DNA of 64,000 nt, from the NCBI GenBank assembly GCA_951406725.2, contig OX597814.1, positions 42,098,001-42,162,000 of the forward strand, written 5' to 3'. Positions within the stretch are counted from its first letter, which is position 1. Each line of letters opens with the position of its first letter. Under the pieces are notes generated by a model. It ran no database searches, was not told where the DNA came from, and saw only the letters and a program-made list of their open reading frames with translations. Below, piece by piece: positions 1 through 12,160 of this stretch. Made by a program: the position numbers and the translations under genes. The stretch is from Octopus vulgaris (lineage: Eukaryota).

Positions 1-299
1 AACAACAGCAGTTACAAATTCAAACGATCTCGTTAAACTGTTTTACTTAAAGCAATAAACTATTCATCAGACAGTTATTTCTGTGCATACTGACAAAGTA
101 ATTAAGTCTATCATTGATAATATCCTATGTATGGCTTCGAAATGCACAGATGCATTAAGGAGGCGTAATTATGCTAGAAAGTTCAGGAATATTTGTATGC
201 AATAATATGAAAATGCCTACATTTGTAAATTGTCTCTAATGCAGATGAAATGCAATAATGTTCTTTACTTGCTGGTGCCTTTGTGGTTTATCAACGAAT

Positions 300-930
300 C
301 TTTACTTTGATGCATTTGTAGACTGACATAATTGTGTCGAACTTCGTTAGCAATTTTCTAAGTTTTTGTTTTTTTTTAGTTAGCGATTTATTTGGTTGTG
401 TTTCATATTTCGTTTGAAATATTTTCATTGTGTTCGTAGGATTTTACAATGTTTTAAATACATATTTGTTTCGTGTTTTTATATTTTACAGAGGAAGTTA
501 TATCTACCTCTTTGTATTAGCGTGTTCTATAATTTCATTATAGGTTGACGATCATTCGTTACGTATGTCTTTACTGAACGAATATTGAAAAAGTATATGT
601 TATGAATATAATTTAATGGGTGATTTTTAGGAAGTCTATTTTCCCCTGGAAAATCTGTTGGCTTTTTTCAATTAAAGGTTTTATCTATACGCTCTTGTTC
701 AAAATTTGTTCCACTATATTTGTATAAAATGAACATTTTGAAGTTTCGTTGTTGACTCTGCACATCTATTTATGTGTTCGCTTACAGGTATTTGTGTGTA
801 TCCTGGGAAGCGAATTTATTCCTTAAGTAAAGTTGATTTCCGTCTTCATGACATGTTTGCTTCTCTTATACATTTGTAGCAGCAATCTCATGAAGTTACG
901 GTTAGTCATCCATTTATTTAACTCAATTTA
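300..930 (-). mobile_element. Decayed Penelope-like element (PLE) GIY-YIG endonuclease remnant
   Basis: Minus-strand translation around 720-820 reads IRFPGYTQIPVSEHINRCA, then (frameshift) FKMFILY. This resembles the IRxPxYRQIPVSEHxxxC...FKIFPFY C-terminal segment of PLE GIY-YIG domains. Boundaries are approximate. Confidence 0.5.
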
Positions 931-1194
931 TTTAATTCGATTTACCCAAAATAAGAAGAGCAGTTACCTCCACTTCTTTTAATTATAAAAATCAGTGATA
1001 ATCCCAACTTAGCCGAAAATTGATTTATCCATCTGTTTACAAATTATTTGTTCTTATATCAACATCGAATGTCTACAAGTAATAATATAGCCTAGAATCA
1101 TAACATGGTCTCTGACTGTTCAGGCACGGGTAGACGAACAAGCGAAACAGATTCACTACGTAAATAAATTACTCCTTAAAAATATTATTTATTA

Positions 1195-1358
1195 GCAGTC
1201 ATGGCTGTGTAGTAAGAATTTCCTTCTCAACCACATGGTTTCGGCTACAGTTCTACTGCGTGAAACCTTGGGCGTGTATCTTCTACTATAGCGTCAGGCC
1301 GACAAAAGCCTTGTCAGTGTATTTGGCAAATGGAAACTATAAGAAGTCTGTCGTATAT
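1195..1358 (+). mobile_element. tRNA-derived SINE, family A (CORE-like ccttgggcaagt segment), 5' half
   Basis: A-box-like tggctgtgtagtaag, then ccttgggcgtgtatcttctactatag...gaaactataagaagtctgtcgtatat. Diverged homologue of the copies at 8406, 9527, 19591 and 22266. Confidence 0.8.
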
Positions 1359-2372
1359 ATGCATGTGTGTGTGTGTATAAAGATATAATATAAAATATAC
1401 ACAGTATAAAACTACTACGAGGCCTTAATAGTCTCGGGCGTTGGTTACACAAGACGTGTTATAAAAACATCTCTCGACTCGAGCCTCAATTGCATTGAGA
1501 TATTAGTAGATCGTATCTTCGCACTAGGTGCACTAAATTATAAATATTTGTCAGTGGATTAAGTTTATTTTTGTTCTTATTTGAGGTCCATCATATATTC
1601 CTGCCTTCTCCTTCTCGTCACTAACAGAAATTCGAAATTTTCTACATATGTATCGGAAACAGTCTGAACTGTGATCAAAACATTTGATGAATTGCGTAAT
1701 AACACCAAGTTTCAACACAGGTTTTGCAAACTTTTTGGAGAGCCCATGTTTTGTTCAGGTCTCAAAGTGCTATTTTTAAGTGAGCAAGATAACCTTCTTA
1801 ACAGAGTTATAAATGTGAAGTCTTTAAGCCTGTGCAGTGAAGTTTCCCTAGATGCAACAGAAGACATCGCGGTCATTAAAACACGTCATTATTTTAGATG
1901 TTGTATCAATAACTAGACCACACTGGATCAGACTGAATGGAAGAGAAAGGGTTTTAAGGTAAAATTCAGTTTAACATTATTCAAAATTAGTACGAAAATC
2001 CAGCTAAATTTCCCGCAGATAGTGGTGTAATGTGAACTTTTGTTAATAAAGGTTAATAAAGATATATAGAGAGGGAAAAATAATGTGATGGGATGGAGTA
2101 AATCTGAGGTCAGTTTTGCAATCAACACACAAAATTTAGTTTAAGACAGCCCTAAGTTATTACGCCTAAGAATATAAGTTTCATTTTGTTCACCAGTGTA
2201 ATAGAAAATGAACTGAGCAACACGATTTATTGCATTAATACATAATTGTTTCAATGTCGCTTCGCCAGTAGAATCATTGAATAAGTATTATATAAAATAA
2301 ACATTTTCATTATATGAAATATATAATATAAATTATTCTTATTACTATTCCAGGAAACTTCTACTTGCGTTC

Positions 2373-2425
2373 TAATAATATTAATAATAATGATAATGCT
2401 ATTGCTGCTGCTGCTACTACTGCTG

Positions 2426-2480
<55 letters not shown>

Positions 2481-2562
2481 CACTACTACTACTACTATTA
2501 CTACTACTACTGCTACTACTACCGACAACAACAACAGTAATAATAATAAGAATAATAGTAGT
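2373..2562. repeat. Compound trinucleotide microsatellite (TAA/TGC/TAC/AAC)
   Basis: Directly visible. It explains the poly-T, -L, -S and -V ORFs at 2251-2685. Confidence 0.97.
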
Positions 2563-2564
2563 AA

Positions 2565-3950
2565 TGCAAAGATATAGCCATGAATTTGGCATAGATAAGT
2601 ATGCAATATTAGTTATGAGAAAGTTACATGTAGGCAACAGTGAACGCATCCAATTGCCAGATTGACAGACATTAAAATCATTCAAACAAGGAAAGACTTA
2701 TATGTATCTAGGTGCATTAGAATCTGATACAGTGCTAACTACAGAAAAGATAACGAAAATTGAAAAGATGTAGATCAAAAGTGCGAGGAAGCTAATGAAA
2801 TCAAAGCTATACTGTTCTAATCTAGTAAACGTTGTAAATCTACTTGGGCAGTATCTATATTTAAATACTGATTATTTTTTATAGACGGCGCAAAAACTGA
2901 ATTAGTAGAATTAGACCGAAGATCTAGGAGTGAATTCAATAAATGGAGGACTTCAACCAAGGACAGGATTTGCAAGATTATATTTACGTAGGAAGGAGAT
3001 GGAAGAGGGTCAAAATCAGTAGAATACTGCGTGGAGTTTGCTAGAGTAGATATAGATTCCTAAGTATGTTAGTGTGAAGAAAGTTTATTAAAAGCTGCTA
3101 GAATCACACTATGCGATAGCGAGACCAAAAGGCAAAAGAAGTTAAAGACCAGAAAAAAGGACAGAAATTATCTGAGTGGCAGAAGGCATTCCATATTAAA
3201 TTCCCAAAGATATTTGTAGTAAATAATAGTAGTGAGTTATGGTTACAGGAATGAAAGATGAAAAGGAAGACAATAAGTTTGTTTGTAGCAGCAGAAGATC
3301 AAGCACTTAGAATTAGTTGGATACAAGCCAATATAGACAAAAAACCAAATAGATTATTGATGCGGGTTATGCAAATCATAAGAGATAAGAGTTACTCATA
3401 TAGTAATATTTGTAGTATGCTGGCACAGAAAGGGTAAAAGGAAAGTCATGAATAATCCACTGGGAATAATGTAGAAAACTAGGATATGATCGCACAGAGA
3501 AGTGTTGTGAACCTAATAACCTACTAGAACGTAAAAAATATGAGGCATCGTGGGACTGACAGAGTAATAGACGCTAGAAGGCCTGACTTAGTATTAGTCT
3601 ATAAAAAGAAGAAAAATTGACAGATAATTCACTTTGCAGTCCCAAATAATGAAAAATCAATATGAGGCTTATAGCAAATTACCATGACAAGCCATTGAAT
3701 TACAGAGACTATGGACAGTGTTTGTAAAATGTATCCAAGTATTTTTAGGTGCATTAGGAACTATGCCTAAATATTTGAAAACATAGATAGAGGAATTAGG
3801 CATAAACCTAGTTTAGTACAGTTCCAGAAAGCAGTGCTATTAGGGAAAGCTAGGTTACTTAGGAGGATTTTGGCATCTAAGGTTACTTGTAGCCCGATGA
3901 CAGGAATTTTCCATTTTTAACAGTGTAATCTGTTGTGTGTATATAAATAA
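2565..3950 (+). mobile_element. 5'-truncated R4/Dong-clade RLE non-LTR retrotransposon (decayed)
   Basis: Broken frames give the RT end (FGIDKYAILVM...GKTYMYLGALESD), a CCHC-like knuckle region near 3360-3430, the RLE motif RRPDLVLVYKKKK and a C-terminus QKAVLLGKARLLRRIL. A short 3' UTR ends at an aataat tract. Confidence 0.85.
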
Positions 3951-3959
3951 TGTTAACAA

Positions 3960-5585
3960 TCATTTCAGAGGGAAACTAATAGAAACATCCAACGTAAATC
4001 TTGACCAACATAATGTTATAAATGAGGTAGAAACCAGCAGAGAGCTACTGATACCTAGCGGTCTTTGGAGCTGATAGACTGAAACATTCAATGATGAGGC
4101 AAACGATCAGAAAAGAATGTTATCTTAGGGTAAGTGCAATACTCAAGACAGAGCATAATGCAAGAGAGATGATCGACACCATCATGTCTTATCCCATACA
4201 CGTCGTGATTTAGAGTTACAGTGTTATTAACTGGTCACTTATTACAATTTATAATGGTGACAGAAAAATACGAAAATTGTTGACAATGAATAGAATACAT
4301 CATCCTAGAGCTGAAACAGAACGAATTTACCTGCCAAGAAAGGAAGATAGCCATGAAATTTAGCAACAGGGGTTGACAAGGAAGATTGCCAGAGTTGGTA
4401 TATACACTTAACGGAGACAGTTTGACAACTGGATGCTAAGACATGTCTTGAAGCATAAAAACAAGAAGATTTAATATTCAGTAAGAAAACAAGCAAATAA
4501 ATGTCTAAGTGAATTCCAAATACAACAAATCCCAGATTTAGACGTACTGACAAACCTTGCTAAAACAGCCGCCTTTGATATTCTTACGGATAAATGTCAA
4601 TGGAAACCTTTCAATTGTAAATACTCAAAGAGAGTTCATAATGCGGATGTTCACAAACGCTTACACATCGATGATTAGAATCTTATGGCTTAAAATCAGA
4701 GGCAGAAAAGTTCATCATAATAGCCCAAGATCAATACCAACCTACAAGAATCTATCAGTCCAAAATCATAAAAGAAGCAGTAGCCCATTTCGTGTACATA
4801 AACAACATAATGAAACCATCGATTATGTTGTGTCTGTATGCAACCTTCTTGCGACTACAGAGTATCTCAACAGGCATGATAGAGCAGTACAGAATAATTT
4901 GCGAAGATATGGATCTGTCGCATGACTACATCTCAATCCTTTGGAAATTTACTGTTGAAACTAATAGAAACTTAAATGTTAATAGGCCAGATATTATACT
5001 AAAGTATTTCAGATAAAAACCACACCTCCTCATCAATATGACTGTCCTAATTGACATAAATATATCTGTCAAGACTTAGCAAAAACTGAGCTAGTATAAA
5101 GATCTTGATATAAAAATTGACTCAGTATGGAGCTCCAAGAATAAAACGATACATGTTGTCATGAGTACCCAAGGAATGGCAGTAAAAGTGGGTGGGTGCT
5201 ACATATCCAAGATACCAGGAGATCCAAAAATGGAAAATACAAAAGATAGTGCTCGTGGAAACTATTCCTATACTACGTAAAATATTGCGCATGTAATCCC
5301 CCGAAACATTTTAATCTGTAAACAGTGTCAAAATACATTTAAACGTACATAATAGCTAACATCTACTGTATTTTTACCATAACACAGTCATATAATCAAA
5401 TTGCAGACTTCTAATTAACTTATGTTTTGACGGATATTCTCTAGAACAATACTTTGTGCCCAAAACCAAACATACTGCACCATAGTCGTAACATCCCCTT
5501 GAATTTCCAACTCGCCTACCCTTCAGTTATCTGTATGAAAATCAGATTCAACTAGTACAAATAGAAAACAAATGCAAAACATATA
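3960..5585 (+). mobile_element. Second R4/Dong-clade RLE LINE fragment with 3' UTR
   Basis: ETIDYVVSVCNLLATTEYLNRHDR (CCHC plus RHD motif) in ORF 4557-4925 and LWKFTVETNRNLNVNRPDIILK (RLE PD motif) in ORF 4792-5016. The element ends at a long (TAA)n tract. Confidence 0.85.
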
Positions 5586-5614
5586 ATAATAATAATAATA
5601 ACAACAACAATAAC

Positions 5615-5703
<89 letters not shown>

Positions 5704-5730
5704 TGATGAGAAGAAGAAGAAAAGGAAGAA
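5586..5730. repeat. (TAA)n microsatellite grading into (TGA)/(GAA)
   Basis: Directly visible. Confidence 0.97.
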
Positions 5731-5739
5731 GGCTAGATA

Positions 5740-6090
5740 TATCTATGCTGGATCATAGATATATCATGCGATAAGGAAGAACGAAAAGTCGATAGATATG
5801 ACAGGTTAGCTTAAGAGGTGAAGGAGCTGCGTTCGATGGAAAAGTTGATAGTAGTACCAAAATTTGTCGGAGCCCTGGGAACAGTAAGTAAAAATCTTGA
5901 GAAGTACATGGAACAAATAGGGGCTGTAATAAAGCTGGAGCACGTGTAGAAAACAGAACTGCTTGGAACCCCTCGAATACTTCGGATGGTGCTCGAAAAA
6001 TAAGGGGTGTTACCTTAGTTCACTGGTAATGAACAGCCGTCACCGTAGTACATCTCCTGCGTTAGAATCTGTGCAAAGACAATAATAATA
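5740..6090 (+). mobile_element. Short 3' fragment of a third R4/Dong-type LINE
   Basis: Translation KVDRYDRLA.EVKELRSMEKLIVVPKFVGALGTVSKNLEKYMEQIG...TELLGTPRILRMVL matches a typical RLE C-terminus. A short 3' UTR follows, then taataata. Confidence 0.85.
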
Positions 6091-6109
6091 ATAACAACAA
6101 CAATACAAT

Positions 6110-6990
6110 CTGCCAGAGTACTAACTTTAGAAGTAGAAGAGAAAAATTGAGGAGTACATCAGAGCATTGAGGAAGTTATTGAAGTGAAAGCTAAATAGTC
6201 CAAATCTAGGGAAGGCAGAAAATACTTAGGAAGTAACATTGCTTAGATATTCAACAGCTTTTATAGATTAGGCAAAAGGCGAATACGAAATTCAAAACAA
6301 CAGAACTATGAAGGAATCCAATATGAATTAGTTATCATCCTAGAGCAGGTGTACCAAAATTATATTTACATAGAAAGGAAGGTGGTTTAATATCAGTGGA
6401 AGACTGTATGGAGTTAACTAGGCAGTATATAAAATAGTATGTATTAAAAGTGTGGAAATTTCATTAAGTGATGCTAGAGTAACAGTAGAGATAGACAAAT
6501 TAAAAAGCCGAATCTAATAAAAAATCTGAAGAAATAACTAAGATTATCTGACTGCAAATTAAATTCTTACGTAGATTACAAGATAGATTTCATGGTAGAT
6601 TCCCAAAGATAGTTACAAAAACAGATGTTAAAGAATGGAAGAGAGAAAAGGAAGACATCAAGTTTGTTATTAGCAGCAACATATCAAACAATAAGGACTA
6701 AATTTTATAAAATCCAAGATGAAAAAAATTCGTGTACATACCCAATGTAGTTTACGTAAATCAAAAAAGGATCTGTTACCCATATAGTTAGTAGATATAG
6801 TATGCTGGCGCAGAGATAATACAAAGAGACTTAAACATCTAGGGAAAATCATCCACTGGAGAATAGAGAGCACCAGGTAAATGATACCACAGCCCCAAAT
6901 AATGTCAAAGTCAATATGAGGGGTATAGAAGAACTAACATATACCAGGACCTATCAATTTAATTATAGAAACTATGGAAATTGCAGGTAT
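6110..6990 (+). mobile_element. Fourth R4/Dong-type LINE fragment (heavily decayed, related to 2565-3950)
   Basis: Shares segments with the first copy: ttatatttacatagaaaggaaggtgg, tcagtggaagactg, agtatgctggcgcagaga and aatcatccactggaga. Confidence 0.7.
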
Positions 6991-7241
6991 AATAGGTTAT
7001 TGTTTTTATCTTAGACTTGGTGAGTGACTACATTTAAATTGAATTGATTTTATTATGAAAATATAGCAACGAAACTCGTGTAGCCTATTTACTAATTATA
7101 TACTATTTCTTTATTATTTCGTATTTTATTTAGTACTAGGTAAATGCTTTATCGTATCATTAATTTGTTTCTATATGGTATGATTTAAGTAGATTATTGT
7201 TGAATTGCTTCATGTAAATTTGGAATCATATTCCCTAATAT

Positions 7242-7290
<49 letters not shown>

Positions 7291-8296
7291 TGACTATGAG
7301 CGTGTTCTTTCTGAAGGGGTTTATGCGTAACTTATTCACAGGAGTGTTTAGGAGATTTAACCTCTCTAATGTGTGAATTGAAATACTTACGGAAAACTTA
7401 CATGAATTTCAAATGATGACATCCGGAAAACATACACCACATGAACGAATAATGCCATGTAGTCTTGATATAGCAGTTTCATTACATCATCAGATAACTA
7501 TATAAAATTATAAAAATCTGATGTGAAAACCCAAAAAAAAAGTGGTAAGTGTACGTTGATCATGTAGGGCTTAAACCTGATAATTTGACAGGAACTATAA
7601 AAATCAACGCTTAACACGCATCATTCACATAGAAGTGACTCTTGGTGTGAGAGGTCGTACAAACCCTACTATAAAATAGGTTTTCGGAATATATTGATTT
7701 AAAAATTAATGTCTTAATTTGGAATAGCGTTAAGAAAATATTTCTATTAATTAAAATAGCAGAAACATCTATACAAATAACGAAAAGCACACCTTTTCTG
7801 ATAATAAATACGACGTTCAGAAGCTCTATAAATGCATTGCAAATCAATATAGTTGTTGATGATAATCTCGTTGCAAGTAATTTTGTAGTGAAAATATTTC
7901 AGTGACTAAACATCTGACCTAGATTTTTCAAGAAATATTTTTGAACATGTATGTGTTCCTTGTCGGTGTAATGCGATTAAATTTACAAGATTGACGCATA
8001 TGTTAGGAAGAAACCGATTATACCAGATAGTTATTTAGTTCCTAGCCTTCTTTCAAGTAAGTGTATTTTATTGCTTTACGTGCATTGTTCTGAAGGTAGA
8101 TGATGACAGTATGCAATGATTATTCAACAGGAAATCATTCAGGGTAACATTCATTGAATTTAAACCCTCATAGTATACTACCAGAAGCTACGCATACCTC
8201 TCGGAATTCTGTAAAATCCTATTAATATATAAATATATGTAAAATACACATACACAAACACACAGGCACGCACATACATACACACACACGCATATA

Positions 8297-8391
<95 letters not shown>

Positions 8392-8405
8392 CATATATAT
8401 ATACG

Positions 8406-8603
8406 CTTTAACTCTTTTACCTGTTTCAGTCATTTGACTGGAGCCCCGCCTTTAGCCGAGCAAATAGACCCCAGGACTTATTCTTTGTAAGCCTAGTACT
8501 TATTCTATCGTTATCTTTTGCCGAACCGCTAAGTAACGGGGACGTAAACACACCAGCATCGGTTGTCAAGCGATGTTGGGGGACAAACACAGACACACAA
8601 ACA

Positions 8604-8701
<98 letters not shown>

Positions 8702-8868
8702 TACGACGGGCTTCTGTCAGTTTCCCTCTACCACATCCACTTACAAGGCTTTGGTCGGCCCGAGGCTATAGTAGAATACACTTGCCCAAGGTGTTAAGCA
8801 GTGGGGCTGAACCTGGAACCATGTGGTTGGTAAGCAAGTTATTTACCACACAGCCACTACTACACCTA
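8406..8868 (-). mobile_element. Near full-length family A SINE with an internal CA/TA microsatellite
   Basis: tRNA-like head (tggctgtgtggtaa...ggttccaggttcagcccc), ccttgggcaagtg core, and a 3' half ending gactgaaacaggtaaaagag on the minus strand. Confidence 0.9.
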
Positions 8869-8878
8869 TATAATTCTC

Positions 8879-8934
<56 letters not shown>

Positions 8935-9019
8935 GTGTGTGTGTGTGTGTGTTTGTGTGTACCTACACTCTAAGACAAACTCGCACACACATGCTCTCAA
9001 AAACACATACATATATACA

Positions 9020-9220
9020 TAGTCAAAATTCATAGAAATGCAAAAGACGAAGATAGCTGTATGAACAAGTATTATTTTCAGGCTCGGGAAAATTAAAGTG
9101 TCGTTACATGACGAACCTACGCTCTTTCACAGAAAGTAACACAGAAAGAAACAAGAACATAAAATAAAGAATGTGTAGCGGCTAGCGATCTATCATTGCG
9201 AATGCCGTGCAGAAGGGTCA
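9020..9220 (-). repeat. PLE-associated terminal-repeat-like dispersed repeat (homologue at 59570-59740)
   Basis: Reverse-complement homology to 59570-59740 (gatagatcg.tagcc.ctacacattct, cttcgtcttttgc). Carries a degenerate hammerhead-like ctgtgaaagagcgtagg segment. Confidence 0.55.
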
Positions 9221-9526
9221 CACAGGAGAGCTGCGAAGAAGGGGAGATAACAAGTTAGTGGTGCTCCCAAAATGAAGGTGCGCGTGCCTGTGTACAAGAG
9301 AGCATGTATACGCGTGTGGAAGAGGGCTGGTGACATTGTCGTGTGCGTGTGTGAATGTGTAGGTGTGTGGATGAGGAGCTGAGAAGTGATCAGTGATGTG
9401 ATGTGTTGTTGAGTGGTTTGGCGGTGTTTGGTGTAGTTGTGTGATGTGTGGTGTGATAGTGTTTTGGATTGTAGGGGAGGCGAGAGTGGGGAAACACAAG
9501 CACATATTAATATGTATATATATATA

Positions 9527-9739
9527 TACTCTTTTACTTGTTTCAGTCACACATATATATATATATACATATATACGACGGGCTTCTTTCAGTTTCCCTT
9601 TACCAAATCCACTCACAAGGCTTTGGTCGGCCCCAGTCTATAGTAGAAGACACCTGCCCAAGGTGCTACGCAGAGGGACTGAACCCGGAACCGTATGGTT
9701 GGTAAGCAAGCTACTTACCACATAGCCACTCCTACGCCT
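9527..9739 (-). mobile_element. Family A SINE with an internal deletion
   Basis: Head and core as in the other copies, joined through a TA run directly to the 3' terminal actcttttacttgtttcagtca. Confidence 0.88.
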
Positions 9740-10811
9740 AACATTTTCAAAACAGAAAGTGAAAGTGACTTCAAAGTTTCAACCTTTTAGCCTTCCTCTA
9801 ACAAAACTACGTTACACACAAGTCTATCGGGCGCATAGACTGAATAAGACCATGAACGTAACAAGTGTCTCTGTCATGTGTACTTTAAGTCTGAATGTCA
9901 TTTCACGAAGAAAAATATGGGAAATTGCAGAACTGATATTATGGCTATTTCATTTCGCTTTTCCTTTCATCCCCGAATGAAGTGGTCATCTTAAAGGATC
10001 CAAAGTGGTGGTGCTTCAAATAAAACTGTATCTAGTCTTCTTTCAGCTTTCCAAGATAATTTCTCTAAACATTTTCGTCTGTGTATATGCGTGTGCTTGT
10101 GTGTGTGTGTGTGTGTGTGTCTGTGTGTGTGTGTTTGTGCGTGTGTTTGTCATTGCCTTTGCTCTCCGTCACTCGACGATGAGGATATATTTGAGAAATC
10201 AACTGGATTACATGCTCCTGTGTCAATGTTTAAGTGGTTGAGCAATCTGTACATGCTGTGTCATCCTGACTCTGAAGCAGATTAAGTGGGACGCAATGTG
10301 ATTGATGGCTGTATATTTCAATTACAGGTAAATCCAACTGAAACACTACCGCACTGTTTCACGCTACCCAAATTCACATACTATATACAAAGATTGAAAC
10401 GAAGCTATTCAACATGACTCATTGTTGAGAGATGATGTTCTTAAGCAACAGGCCATACTTTTACTATACAGACATGCAAAAACAAACAAATAAAGAAAAA
10501 CACACAGAGGCATACATTGTGAAATAAAACGGATATTATCGTCTGCTAGTATTAATTGGCATTTCTGATTCTGTAAATTCTCTGTCCGGGGCGTTGTCAT
10601 TTCAAAACTTGTTTTTAACGTAGACGTGCCCAAAGATGTCGAATGTTTACATAGAGCAGGTTTTACAGCAAATGTATACGTACATTCATTTCAGTATATT
10701 TATGCATAGATATTTGTACGTGTAATATGCGTGTGTATGTGTATATGCATATATATATATATATATGCATATATATATATATATATGTATATATTCACAT
10801 ATATATATATG

Positions 10812-10893
<82 letters not shown>

Positions 10894-11407
10894 CACTACC
10901 AGCTAAGCCCGGTTTCGCACGGTCGGTTTGGGTGATTTTGCTGTAAAACCTGCTCTATGTAAACATTCGACATCTTTGGGCACGTCTACGTTAAAAACAA
11001 GTTTTGAAATGACAACGCCCCGGACAGAGAATTTACAGAATCAGAAATGCCAATTAATACTAGCAGACGATAATATCCGTTTTATTTCACATACAAGATT
11101 CTCCCAAATCAAAAATTAAACCCATATACTACGCGGTCAAATATGAACCATCCCACTTCCATTGTGCGCACATACGCACACACATTCAGACACACAAACA
11201 TTCACACACACCTCTGTACATACACACACATATATTGAAGCAGGGTTGAAAAGATGTTTGATTTATTTTTTGCAGCGTACAACTTTCGTCATCCCACTAC
11301 TAAGTATGACATCACACACCTCATTCCTTATTCTTCTATCACAACTACTTTTCTAATTCATAAACACACGAGTGTTCTTATAGTAGATTATCACGGTAAC
11401 CATGGGA
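9573..11407 (+). repeat. Segmental duplication, copy A (inverted relative to 20830-22432)
   Basis: Base-by-base reverse-complement match. Paired ORF translations are near-identical: 9759-9980 vs 22024-22458, 10091-10285 vs 21723-21923, 11254-11478 vs 20744-20983. Confidence 0.97.
10518..11091. repeat. Perfect 155-bp inverted repeat (arms 10518-10672 and 10937-11091, 264-bp spacer)
   Basis: The arms read as exact reverse complements (tgtgaaataaaacgg...ttttacagcaaa / tttgctgtaaaa...ccgttttatttcaca). Confidence 0.95.
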
Positions 11408-11595
11408 GCTATGGACAAAATATGAAATCACACGTTACATCCTTATTTATCTATCATCCTTTCCTTTCTCATTCATAAACACAAGAGTATTATTATTGTA
11501 GATTATGTCGCTAACCATGAGAGATGTGAAAAAATACAAAAAACCCGCAACATCACCGGATCGTTCCACATATCTGTGTAATTTTTCGTGCTATA
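10895..11595 (-). mobile_element. Non-autonomous Helitron-like element (3' end at ~10896)
   Basis: Minus-strand 3' end with a GC hairpin ccgtgcgaaaccgg about 10 nt before GTAG-T (CTAG-T in the duplicate at 21326-21330). Internal CA/CAGA microsatellite as in Lep1-type Helitrons. Confidence 0.6.
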
Positions 11596-11604
11596 CTATA
11601 TATA

Positions 11605-11897
11605 TCACCGTGACCGACCAGGCAATCAGATGTTGCTACCTATCGCTGGTCACAATGCGCTTCGCATTGTTTTAGCCTTCAAATGACGCCCCCACCACGC
11701 TTGCTAAACGAGCAGGCCAACAGAAGAGAAAGAGTGAGAGTAAGTTGTGGCGAAAGAGTACAGCAGGGATTGCCACCACCCCCTGTCGGAGCCACGTCGA
11801 ACTTTAGGTGTTTTCGCTCAATAAATACTCACAACACCCGGCCTAGGAATCGAAACCGCGAATCCGCTGCCCTAATCACTGAGCCATTGCGCCTCCA
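11605..11897 (-). mobile_element. tRNA-derived SINE, family B
   Basis: Minus strand ggaggcgcaatggctcagtgattagggcagcggattcgcggtttcgattcc contains A and B boxes. Homologous to 33979 and 47575. Confidence 0.9.
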
Positions 11898-11950
<53 letters not shown>

Positions 11951-11954
11951 CATT

Positions 11955-12160
11955 TGTTTGTGTTTGTTCCCCACCACCATCGCTTGACAACCGAAGTTTG
12001 TGTGTTTGTGTCACCGTAGCGCAGCTGTTCGACAAAAGAGACCGATACAATAAGTAATAGGCTTACAAAGAACAAGTTCTGAGTTCGATTTGTTCGATTA
12101 AAGGCGTTCCTGCAGCATGGCTGCTGTCAAGTGACTGAAACAAGTACAAGTATAAAAGAA
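11955..12160 (+). mobile_element. 3' half of a family A SINE
   Basis: cttgacaaccg...aaaagagaccgatacaataagtaataggcttacaaagaacaag...gactgaaacaagta matches 22460-22640. Confidence 0.8.

Noticed and set aside
105-160. TTGATAA...GAAA as a second U3-A8 hammerhead
   Set aside because: Stem II pairing is weak, and there is no stem III with a UH cleavage site.
2251-2685. Poly-Ser, -Val, -Thr and -Leu ORFs resembling membrane or mucin proteins
   Set aside because: Frame artefacts of a trinucleotide repeat.
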